Shown here one piece after another: positions 1 to 12,200 of a stretch of DNA of 64,000 nt (the first letter of the stretch is position 1; each line of letters begins with the position of its first letter). Source of the stretch: Yuukianura sp. NJ FZ-2021 (Eukaryota); contig CM102288.1 in NCBI GenBank assembly GCA_046563655.1, positions 3,472,001 through 3,536,000 on the forward strand, written 5' to 3'. The notes beneath the pieces were generated by a model. That model was not told where the DNA came from and ran no database searches. It saw nothing but the letters and a program-made list of their open reading frames with translations. A program made the position numbers and the translations under genes.

Positions 1-285
1 TTTAAAAACTTTGAAAAAAAAGAATTCAAAAACGAAATGCCGCTAGACGAAATTTGAACTAACGCGCCGGTATTGCAGTTATTTTGCGGTAGTTAGTGTG
101 GCATTGTAATACCAGACTAAACTAGTACTTCAAAATTTTGGTGTTGGTTTCATGTGTTAAATGTTAATTTAATTGTGTTAATTGTAATTAATGTGGAGGT
201 GACTTACTCTGGTAGTGGTTAATTGTAAATTGTGTAGTTTAATTGTAATTAATTGTGTTGGTGTTAACTAATTAACTTAACTTAG

Positions 286-3200
286 ATGGTCTATGTGGTG
301 ACGAGGATGTGCTGTGTGGCGATGGTATAACTTGTGTTAAGGGTCCCAACAAGTGTGACGGTACTTGTGACTGCCCGGGGTGCGAAGATGAGCGTGAGAG
401 CTGTTACGACCAAGGCGGAACCCCAAGCCCCCCAGAGGTCACGCGTAAGTACATGCTACAAGGGGTTGCCTACGCCTGACTAACCTAACATCAACTAACT
501 GCTAAGCAGTTTAACCTAAAAGTGTTACTAATCAATGTTAACCTAATGTAAATCAACAAATTAGGCTAAGTTAACCTAACTCTTCAGCGTCGTCGGAAAG
601 TTTAGCACACCTTTGCTTGTAACTTAAGTTTGTAGATGTTAGTTCAGAAAGACTTGAATTGGCTCTGGAAATTCTTAAGATTTCAGACTTTTAACCAAAA
701 CTTTTTGAAAAAGTTTGGATTTTGTTTTCAAAATTTGGCTTAATTTGTGTAAATTTTTGTTAGCGAGACCCACTCCACCGCCCATCCAGTGTTCCTTTGG
801 CCAATTCCGATGTCGAGATGGAACTTGCATTAGTCAACTGGAGCGATGTCAAGGGAAAGTGGACTGTCCAGACTCCTCAGATGAAGAGGGATGCAGTAAG
901 GACTAAAATACTTTAAATTTAATTGTATTTAATTAATTGAGTTAAAATTAACTATCCCTCTCTTTTTCAAACATTTTGCGGCACATCAAACGCAAAAGGT
1001 TTCAAAAAGTTTAAGTCAATGGCCCAATTTCTAAAGAGATTTATTGACGTTCTTTTCAGTTGCTTGTCTCGATTCTTTTCGATGTTCAAATGGCCAGTGC
1101 ATTGACAACAGATACAAGTAAGGTCACTTTGAAACGCGTGGAAAAGGTCAAAGGTCAAATTTTGAATTTTTAACTTTAGATGTGATGGTACTCCGCAATG
1201 TCCGAATGGCGATGACGAACAGAACTGCGGATCTACTTGCAGTCGAGACCAGTTTTCATGTGCAAATGGCCAGTGTATTCCGCTTCTCTACAAATGCGAT
1301 TCCGTTCCAGATTGTGCTGATGGCACAGGTAAAATAAAATTTTCCAATGAAAAAACGAAAAAAGTAAAATTTTGCAGCGACAAAATTTCTTGTACTTTTT
1401 AATTTTTAGACGAAACACCAGAAACATGTCCAGGTAATTTCAGGCATTTTTTACAGTGCGAAATTTCGAAGTTTTTGTCTAATTTAAAGGACTAAAACAC
1501 CAAATTTTCCGTTTTCTGTTTCAGATGTGATGATCTGTGCTGCAGATGAGTTCAAGTGCATTGCAGGCGGATGCAGTGAGTGACCTTACAAAATAAAAAC
1601 TGAAAAGTTAGTGTACTAAAAAAGTTTTTTGCATTTTTTTGAAATAGTTCCTCGTGAGAAATTGTGTGACCAAAGGTTTGACTGTGCTGGTAAGACGGAC
1701 ATTGCTACAGCTACTCATGAGAGGCACAAAAAAACTCAGCGAACTAACTTTGAAATTAAATTTAAAACGAAAAATTTCTGCATTTTGGATTTTTAGATGG
1801 GTCCGATGAGGTTTCAGCAAGTTGTCCGCCAGGTTAACAAAATTTTTACATTTCAAAGCAAACCTTGATTCTGATCATTTCGATGATCAGCTCGATCAGT
1901 GTTTGCATTCCCTAATCATCTTTTTCGAAATTTTTAATTTTTTCCAGCATGTCGCGAAGATCAGTTTCGTTGCGTCAAAGACGGAACCTGCGTTCCGTTG
2001 TCAGCCAAATGTGATCGACGAAGAGACTGTTCCGGTAAATATTAGAATTAGTTGCATCGATTTATATTATACTAATTCATTATTTTATTTTTTATCATTT
2101 TAAAGATGACAGTGACGAACAAAACTGTCCTCAGCCTCCGCCGCAACCAACTCGCTGTGGATTTGGCGAATTTTCATGTCGAAGTGGAAATCAGTGTGTT
2201 CCGAACTCTGCCGTGTGTAACTCCATCTACGACTGTAACGACTACTCCGACGAAGGCAACTGTGGTACGAATTTAGCTTGATTTTCAAAATTTTGAACAA
2301 CATTTTCAAATTTTGAATTTTGGTTTTTCTAGGAAGCCCTCCAGAAGGGCTCCACCTCAAAACATACCCATCAGACCAAAGTATCAAACAGGGTAAGATT
2401 TGTTTCGCTTTTTTGAATTTTTGAAACTTGGATTTGGGATTTAGCGATTTTTGGAAAAAACTGCATTATGCTTCGGGTGTTTTCAAAAAAAAAATTAATG
2501 AAAATTTTGAAATTTTCTTCTTTCCTTTTGCTCTCTTTGCTAATGATCTCTTGCTTGTCACGATGCAAAACCTTCATCAGCCGTCAAAGGTAACACTGAA
2601 AGCTTTGCGTTCATCCTTGGTCATTCCGTGTTTTCAAAATTTTGAAAATTTTCAGAAATTTTTTCAAAAAGGTGACCCTGATTTTCGTTTTTCCACAGGA
2701 AATGAAGTCGTTTTTCAGTGCCGTGATGAGGGGCAACTGCGTGCTTCAGTTCGGTGGGTCCGTGGGAACGGAATGCCACTGCCGGTGGGATCGAGAGACT
2801 TCAATGGTCGCTTGGAGATGCCGAACATTGCAGTGGAGCACAGTGGGACTTACATTTGTGAAGCCGTGGGATACCCAGAGTCCACTCCAGGAGCTAAAGT
2901 GGCCGTGTACCTTCGAGTTGACCCCTGTAAGTCAAAGAAAGTTGACCTTTGACCTTGACTTTTTGAAAAAAGTGAAAAATATTGAATGTGTTGCCAAGCT
3001 GCTGGGAAACCGTTGCTTTCACGATATGACTTTGGAGTGACCAATGACACTGATTGGCAGTTGCCGCCTCTTGTCATGGTTGATCCAAAGACGTATCCAA
3101 CGACTCTCGGTAAGGTTATGGGGTCAAAATTTGAACATCAGCCAAGCATTTTTCGTTTTCACTCAAATCAGCAAAGTTTTTAGTTTTTATAACATTGTAA

Positions 3201-6200
3201 ATTTCAAATGTTTCAAATAAAAACTTTTTCTGTTTTGAAGATGAAGCTCCACCGACGAGACCTCCAACAGCATGTGCCCTGCATGAAGCAACTTGCAGCA
3301 ACGGAGACTGCATTGCTAAAAAGTAAACAGAAAATAATTTTGAAATATTTTTTGTGTGAAAAAATTTGAAGTAGAAGTTAATTATTTTGTTTTCTATTCA
3401 AACTTTAGCATGATCTGTGATGGTAAGTGTTCCACACAAGAATGGACTTCAAAATTTGATTTTTTTTTAAAAGTTGTTTCATATTTTCTCTTTTCAAAAT
3501 TTCAGGTGACCAGGATTGCGCTGGTAAAATGCATTTGATTTCTCTACAACAAGAAAAAGAACCTTCTTTTAACTGAAACCTGAACTAATATAATAAATTT
3601 ATGTTTAAACAATTTTTAGACGGATCGGATGAGATGCGATGTCGCCTTGATGGATGTGAACCTAATGAATTTCAGTGCTACAATAAAAAATGTGTTCTCA
3701 AGACCTGGAGATGCGGTAAGACAAAAGTTTTTCAAAATTCTGAACAAGTTTAAAAAACCCGGGTATTTTGGACAAGATGGTGACGATGACTGCGGAGATG
3801 GCAGTGATGAACAAAACTGTGAACCACCACCACCAGGCTCTCCTTGTCGCTACAACGAATTCCAATGTGCAAATGGTCGAAACTGTATCATGAAGAGCTT
3901 CCAATGTGTAAGAACAGAAAATTTCAAAATTTTGAAACTCTTTTAAAAAATTTTCTTTAAAAAATGTTTCCAGGACAAGGAATTTGACTGTCCAGACCGG
4001 TCTGACGAAATCGGTTGTTCCGCTCCGTCAATCATAACACCTCCACCGTCACTCGTGACACTCGACGTTGGCGACGTTTTTAACATTTCGTGTCGCGTCC
4101 ACGGCATTCCGACTCCCGAAGTCGTTTGGCGTCTCAACTGGGGCCACATTCCAGACAAGTGCACCACCCAATGTGAAAATGGACTTGGAGTCCTCACTTG
4201 TATGGACATCCAGCATGCTGAACAAGGAGCCTACAGGTACTGTTCCAGAAGTTCAAAATTTCAAAATTTCGAGAAACTGAAGTTTCGTTTTTGTTTTTAG
4301 TTGCGAGGCAATCAACTCCCTCGGATCAACTTTTGCCATTCCCGACTGCATGTTGGTCGTTCGTGACCAAATATCCGAATGTGGACCAGGGAAGTTCAAT
4401 GAACTTGCGCGGACAGACGACGAGTGCTTGCCCTGTTTCTGTTTTGGACAAACTACGAAATGCTCCAGTGCTAAACTGTATGTGGCCGAACTCCCGCCAC
4501 CGGAAGCCAACTACCATCTCCTTGGAGTGTCACAGGATTTACTTAACGGATCAATCCGAATTGAGGCAAGAAGAGCCGGATCGACTCCGAGTTTGCGTCC
4601 GGGCACTGCAGGAAGTGTACAAGCGACAAATATCCGAACAGATTTCTTGGCCAAAGATGTCATTCCGTTTTTCGCCCTTCCTGAGCCATATGTAGGAAAT
4701 CATCTGAAAAGTTATGGCGGGAATTTACGGTACAGATTGAAGTACAGAGGAAGCTCTTCTGTCATCAGTGGACCAGACGTTGTCATCAGTGTAAGAGAGA
4801 AATTTTGAATAAATTAGAAATTTTTCAAAAAGTAAAGATTTTTTTTTTCTGAAAATTTTTTTCTGCTACAGGGAAATGGAATCACTTTACTTCACGTCGG
4901 AGGTCAATCCTGGACGACTGGAAAGGAACATGAAGTGACCGTCCGGTTCTGGACGGAAGAGTGGTTCAAGGGAGTTTATGGTAAATTGAAATTTCACAAA
5001 TATATTGATTCAATTTTCAAATTTTGAAATGAAATGTTGATTTTTTTTGTGTCAAGGTCGTCCTGGAGGACCTATCCGGGGAGTTGAACCGGCGACTAGA
5101 GAAGAACTGATGATGGTTCTGGCCAAAATGGACAATTTGCTGATAAGGGCTCAGTATGACCAAGGATCCGTCCTGGACGTAACTGTGAGTCACATTCGGA
5201 TGACTTCGGCTTCAACGACTAACTCCGGACTGGGACAAGCAGTGTCAGTGGAACAGTGTCAGTGTCCTCCTGGATATATGGGTCAGTCAACATTTAAAAT
5301 TTTGAACTTTTTTCGGAATTTCATTTTTTAAGAACTCTTGTCCTTTAGGTCTCAGTTGCGAGGAATGTGTTGTTGGCTACGAACGGGTTTTACAGGGACC
5401 GTGGCTAGGGCGGTGCATGCCTGTTCGTGAACGGTGTCCAGAAGGAAGTTATGACGACGTTGGTCAATGTCGTCCATGTCCATGTCCAGGAGCTGGAAGG
5501 AGATTTGGCAAGAGTTGTTACCGAGACACTGATGGAGAGGTCACTTGTGCCTGTAACGAAGGTCACGTGGGTCGAAATTGCGCTGACTGTGCTTCCGGCT
5601 ATGCTCCAAATCCAAATTATCCCTATGAATGTCGTCCTATTGGTGCTCGCTGTGATGTTGCCGGCAGCTTGTCGCCTACACCAGACCCGTTTACCCAGAG
5701 ATGCAACTGCAAGGTATAGGAAAAAGTTTTTTGAAAAACCTAGGAATTTTGAAATGCATATACTTTGAAACTGGAAATGCACATTTCGTAAACTTTGTTC
5801 AAAAAATTTTCATTGCTTCCAAATTGGATTTTCTTCAATCGGTAAGAACTAGGAGAGCTTCTCTGAAAATGATGTGTATTTTCCTTTCAAATCGTTTTGT
5901 GAAGGTTCACGTATTCCAGCAGTGAAGGCATTTTCGAAAAAATTTTGATTTTTTTTTGAATTTCAGGAAAACGCTGTTGGTCCACTGTGTAACCAATGCA
6001 AGGCGGGTAGTTTTCACTTGAGCAGTGACAATCAGTTTGGGTGTATCAACTGTTTCTGCATGGGAATTGTAACGCAGTGTGCCAGTTCCAGTTGGTACCG
6101 TACTCAAGAACGCAGTAGTTTCTTCCAGTCACCGCAAGGGTTCGCTCTTGTTGACGCTGGACAACAACATACACCGCTTAGGAACTTGTCAGTGGAGTCT

Positions 6201-9200
6201 TCTGGACGAGAGTTAGCTTATCGTGGATTTTCTGGAGGCTCTGGACTCATCTACTACTGGCAACTTCCAGAACAGTACTTGGGAGATAAAGTGACTTCTT
6301 ACGGCGGTTACTTGAACTACACCGTCAGGTATACTCAAAATACTCAAAAATATTTTTTGAAATTTTGAAGTCGTAATTTTGAAATTTGTAGGTACGTCCC
6401 ACCTCCTGGGGGTCAAACTTCACCAAACACTGGAGCAGACGTAGAAATCAATGGAAATGACATTCGACTGCAGTTTTTTCGCCGCGGTGCACCGCTGGCC
6501 CCCAACCGTCCAGAAACCGTGTCAGTACCGCTTTTGGAACAGTATTGGCAGAGGTAAAAAGTTTTCTAGTCACAGGTCAAAACCAACGAAGCGTTACGAG
6601 CTTTCCTTTCTGAAATTTTGGTTTCAACATTCAAAATTTTGATTATTTTCCAGAGCTGACGCTCGTGCGACGAATCGTGAACATTTTCTGATGGCTCTTG
6701 CCAACTTGGACGCCTTACTGATCAAAGCTACGTACACAACATACAGCCGCGAAACCTAGTAAGTTTCATCAAAAATTTCAAAAGCAAAGCAGTTTTTTAA
6801 AAAAAGATAGTTTGAAAACTGAATTTTTGGGAATAGCATCAGCGATATCTCCTTGGATTATTCAATTGCACGGAATACTGGACAAGATCGTGCATGGGCA
6901 GTAGAGGAATGTCAATGTCCTGAAGGCTATCTTGGTTAGTTTTTAAAAAACATTATTTTCAAGTTTTTAGTTTTTTTTTAATTTTGAAAAATGTTGTCTA
7001 GGACTGAGTTGCCAAGAATGTGCTTCTGGATTCACTCGCTCCCTTAAGGGTTTGTACCTTGGGCTTTGCGAACGCTGTAGCTGCAACGGGCACTCGGACG
7101 AATGTGATCCCAAAACAGGAATTTGCAAGGTTTGTGCAAAAAGAAATTTCTTTTTTGAAAATACCCGCCATTTTAAATTTTCGCAACTTCTCAGTGCTCT
7201 ACAATGTTAATTCAGTTCCATGGGACTTCTTTTCTTGTATTTTTTTCAATTCTTAGAAATTCTCATTTAGAATGTTGAAATTGGACTCATTTTTCTGGGT
7301 TTGTCAATTTTTTTTTGTGTTTGTTTGAACAGAACTGCCGTGGATTTACCACCGGAGAATTCTGTGACGAATGTGAAGAGGGTTATGTCGGAAATCCGAA
7401 GTTTGGCGACTGTCGTCCATCGTTTCCCTCCCAATGTCGCTGTGACCCCAGAGGATCCGTTCGGCCTGACTGTCCGGACGGTCGGAACTGCCTGTGCAAA
7501 GGAAACGTTGAAGGACCAACCTGCGCTTCATGTCGCCGTGGAACCTTCTCCCTCCAGGAAACCAATCCCCAGGGATGCTTGCAATGTTTCTGCTCCGGAG
7601 TCACTTCAGACTGCTCCTCAGCATTTCTGTACAAACTCCCAATCAAAATGGAAATCCAAACGGAACCACACGGATTCACTCTCACAGACAGTTACCGAAC
7701 GGCCACTATTCGGGAAATTACGGTAGATCCACGGGCAGGGGAATTAGTGTACTCGTTTCTTGCAAATTCTCCAAGGAGAGAACGTCTCTTCTGGTCTCTC
7801 CCGCCAAAATTCACGGGAGATCGCGTTTCGTCTTATGGCGGGAAACTGAGAGCCATGCGGCGCTATTATGTCCGTCCAGGAACGTCGTCGAATCCAACTG
7901 AAGACATTGACGTTATTCTGATTGGGAAAAACGGAGTTTCACTGTTTTATGCCGGATCACGTCCAGCCGTGCAAACAGTGGTAAGATTTTAAAATCTGAG
8001 CAGCGATTGGTGGATTTTCAATTTTCTAATCACTGATTGGTGGCTTATTACTGGTCCCTGATTGGTGGAATTTCAAATTCTAATCTGTGATTGGTGGATT
8101 TTAGGAACTGGATGTAACTTTGTCCGAATCGGCTGGATGGCGACATCACGACGGAACGGCCAAACCGGCCAATCGTGAAGACCTTCTTGGGGTATTATGC
8201 GACGTTGAAGCTATTTTGGTTCGGGCGACATTCACTGAAGACATGGAGTCTACACACATCAAAGACGTATCGCTTGACGATGCTGTTCGGCAGTACACCC
8301 AGTATGGAGTCGTTTCAGAAGTGGAAGAGTGTCGCTGTCCATTTGGTTACACTGGACTAAGGTTACATCTTAAACTTTCAAAATTTTCATAAAAACTTCA
8401 AAATTTTTCATCATCCTCTTTTTTCAATTTCAGTTGCGAGAGTTGCATAGCCATGTTTTACCGAGATCCGAGGGGTAGCGGCGGAGGTTCGTGTCGGCAG
8501 TGCCCGTGCAGCGAAAACGCTGAAGGTTGTGCCCTTGAAGGTGGACGAGTCGTGTGTACTTGTCGTCCTGGATTTTCTGGAGTCGATTGTGCCACAAGGG
8601 GTAAGGTCAAAGGTCAAATTCGTTTTTTAGACAAGTTTTTTAAACACCTTGTTTTTCTAACTTGCAACTCCAGCATATTCTAAATCCCAAGAGCACTCTT
8701 AAATTTGAAAACTAATTGCATGGATTCTTTTCAAAATTTCATTTTTTCCCAAAAACCTGAGTGGCTTTCGATTCATTTTTTAATGGCATGGCTCACTTTT
8801 TTTCTTTTTTAAAAAACTCAAACCTACTACCTAAAAAAAACTAACCAGACCGCGTGGTGGTGGAACTTTCTCCGGTGAAAGTCATGGGTTACGCTGACGG
8901 ACGTTTGGAGGACTTCGTTTGCAGCTACCAAAGCAGACTCGGCCTTCGGATTCAGTTTCTAACTACGCCGGAGTGGTCACAGATTCGACCTTTGACCTTT
9001 AGCACTCCCTTGCCGGTACCAACTTGGACGAGGTCACTGACCGTCAGGATCCCGATTGTTCCGCGCCTAAGGCGCGTCACTTGCCGCCTGACGAATGAAG
9101 ACGATGAGGTAGTGGCTGAAGTCTTTGCGAGTATTCACTCTACAGGTCAAGGTCAGGAAGTTACTAACACTTGAGCATGCGCTGATTTGCTTTTTCTTTG

Positions 9201-12200
9201 CACTTTTTGGCATAACATGGCTTCTTCTGCGCATGCTTTTTACTTTTTTTTCAAGGACTTTAGATTTCAGTCGAAATTTTAGTTTGAAAAACTCAAAAAA
9301 TTACCCCCGGGAGGAATTTGACCTTGAGAAATGCTTCTAGGTGGACCGGAACTGCCACAACCTTCACCGACCCCTGACGAATCCGAATCTGAAACAGCTC
9401 CGGGTGGATCCACTCCAGAAATTGTAGTCCGAATTCAAGACCCGAGTTACAAGTCGGCACTTACCGGTAGTTCAGCGCTCTTTCGCTGTGCAGCTCGGTC
9501 ACAATCTGGAAGTCAACTTCGTGTCACATGGGTTAAGGAAGTTGGATCAATTCCAGTTGGCAGAGCTAGAGACGATGGTCAAGGACTTTTGGTCATCTCT
9601 GACATTCGACCTGAAGATGATGGCACTTATGTTTGTCAAGGTACAGGCCAAGGTCAAAGGTCAAATATCAAAGTTCAAGGTCATTGGCATAAAAATTGAC
9701 TTTTCTGTTCTAGCGACCGATGGCTACAGTACGGCATCAGAACGAGCGACACTTGCCGTAAACCGACCAAGCACACCAACTACTCCACCGGAATCCAAAC
9801 CGGAAGTGACGATAACTCCACGGTATTTGACCTTGAATGCCGGAAGTCCTGCGGAGTTTCGTTGTACCGCTACAGGTTTCCCGCCACCAACAATAACCTG
9901 GACCGGTGGACGAACCGGCCAACTTCCGGCACATGCACGATCCCAGGGTGGAGTTCTGTCATTTAGTGCCGTTCGTAGAAGTGATGAAGCTGAGTACCAC
10001 TGTAGAGCCGAGAACATTCAAGGTGTGGCTACTCTTAGAACAATTCTGTATGTGCAGGGAGATGAAGAAGAACCGGAACCAGTTCCGGAACAACCAGCAC
10101 TTACTGTTTCAGTCATGCCGGCAGCAGCTGATGCCCGTCCGGGTGAAACGGTACGACTTCGCTGTGAAGCATCAGATCGGTCAGCTCGTCTTCAATGGAC
10201 AAAATCTGGAGCCAATTTGCCACAATCTGCAAGTGAAAGTGCCGATGGACAACTGACGATCTATTCAGTGTCGGAAGATGATTCTGGAGTGTACAGCTGC
10301 GTAGCAACAACAGAAAATGGAGAAAGTGCACAAGGACAATCGCGACTTCAAGTGTCATATGCCGGGTAAGTCGAAAATTAAGTCTCTAAAATTCAAAAAA
10401 AAAAACTTTTCATTTTGTGCGCAGTTGCGCAGTTTGTGCGCAGTTGCGCAGTTTGTGCGCAGTTACGCAGTTTGCGCGCATTTGCGCAGTTTGTGCGCAG
10501 TTGCGCAGTTTGTGCGCAGATATATATATATATACAACATAACTATATAAATATTATATATATTAATATTAGTTAATTTCATTTAATTATCTTTACATGT
10601 TGGATTTTTTTGTAGAGCTCCGCCTGCAGCCAGAATCGAACCGGAACGACAAACGGTTTCTCAAGGAAGCGAAATTGAAGTTCGTTGCATCGCTACTGGA
10701 AGCCCACAACCTACAATCCAATGGTCACGTGTCGGTGGATCTCTCGCTCCAGGCGTTGACACGAGCAGCGAAGTATTACGAATTCCCAACGCACAAGTGA
10801 ATGATCGTGGAGTAAGGAATTTCAAACTTTGTAAAATTTTGAACAAATTCTCAAAAGAAGTCCTTTTAATTCTCAATTTTCATCAATTTTTAGGTTTACG
10901 TTTGTAACGTCGAAAATAGTGCTGGAAAGAGCCTTGCTTCTGGAATCGTCGAAGTTGAGCGTCGTGAACCACCACAAGTCGAAATTTATCCAGATTCCCG
11001 CCAAGTCGCTTTGAAAGATTCCAGTGCTCTGTTCCAGTGTCGCCTGTCGGCTGGAATTCCATCACCAAAGGTCACGTGGTCCAGAGCCGACGGCCAGCCA
11101 ATGCCCACCAACGTCGAAGAAATCCAAGGCGGTGTGCTGAGATTCAACCGGCTCACTGGAGATGAAAAAGGTAAATAAATAATAATAATAATTAAACTAA
11201 TAAATAAATATAATAATTTATATAATTCCAGGATCTTACATCTGTACTGCCGAAAATGTGGCTGGAACGACAACTGCCAATGCTTATCTCGAAATTCAAA
11301 TTCCACCGACCGTGACCGTGACTCCTTCCAGCCCTCATCGTGTCAGGGCTGGGCAGCAAGTGAGACTGGACTGTCGAGGAGACGGAGATCCACTGCCAAC
11401 TGTGTCTTGGTCCAGACTGCGTCATGGACAGACTGAGTAAGGTCACATGTCATGTCACCAAGTGAGAATTTGACATGCCAACTTTTTTTTGTTCCTAGGG
11501 GAGCTATCCTTCCACTTTCCAGCGATGTGTTCGCAACTCCACAAAACGCTGTTTACGAAATCAGCCGAGTGACAAAGGCTGACGAAGGGTCATACTCCTG
11601 CAGCGCTCGAAATGACGCTGGAGTTGAAGAGGGAAGGCTTCAACTGCTTGTGGAAGAAGATGAAAGTGAAAGCGCTGCAGCTCCAAGTCGTCCAACCCGT
11701 CCAGAACCAGAACCTGCCAGTGAAAGTGCCGAAGTCTACTACTTTCCAGTCGGCAGTCGAGCTGAAATGCGCTGTGCTCAAGGTCAGTCAAAATGTGCTA
11801 TTCAAACAATTTCAATTTTTAAAAAATGCTGTTCTAAATTTTTAACGAATGCTGTTCAAACAATATTCCAGACATTCGTGGAGGTGGATTTGAGCAGTTG
11901 TACTTGGACTGGGAGAGAGCCGACGATGGTCTGATGCCGAGCAACTACGAAGCCAAAGACGGAAGTCTCATTATCGACTCTGTTCGTCCAGAAGATGCTG
12001 GACGATACTCCTGTATCGGAACGAACCGAAATGGACAAATCGTGTTTTCATCTGACGCAATACTGGAAGTATCTGGAAGTAAGTACTTTTCAACTTGACC
12101 TTTTCTGACCTTGACACTTATTTTTATTGAATAATTTTTGTATTTTAGTATTTGAATATTTAGTGTAACGATTGATAGTTTTAGATTAATTTTGAAATCA

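Noticed and set aside
10414..10519. CRISPR-like array
   Set aside because: The tandem units have no unique spacers and the context is a eukaryotic intron.
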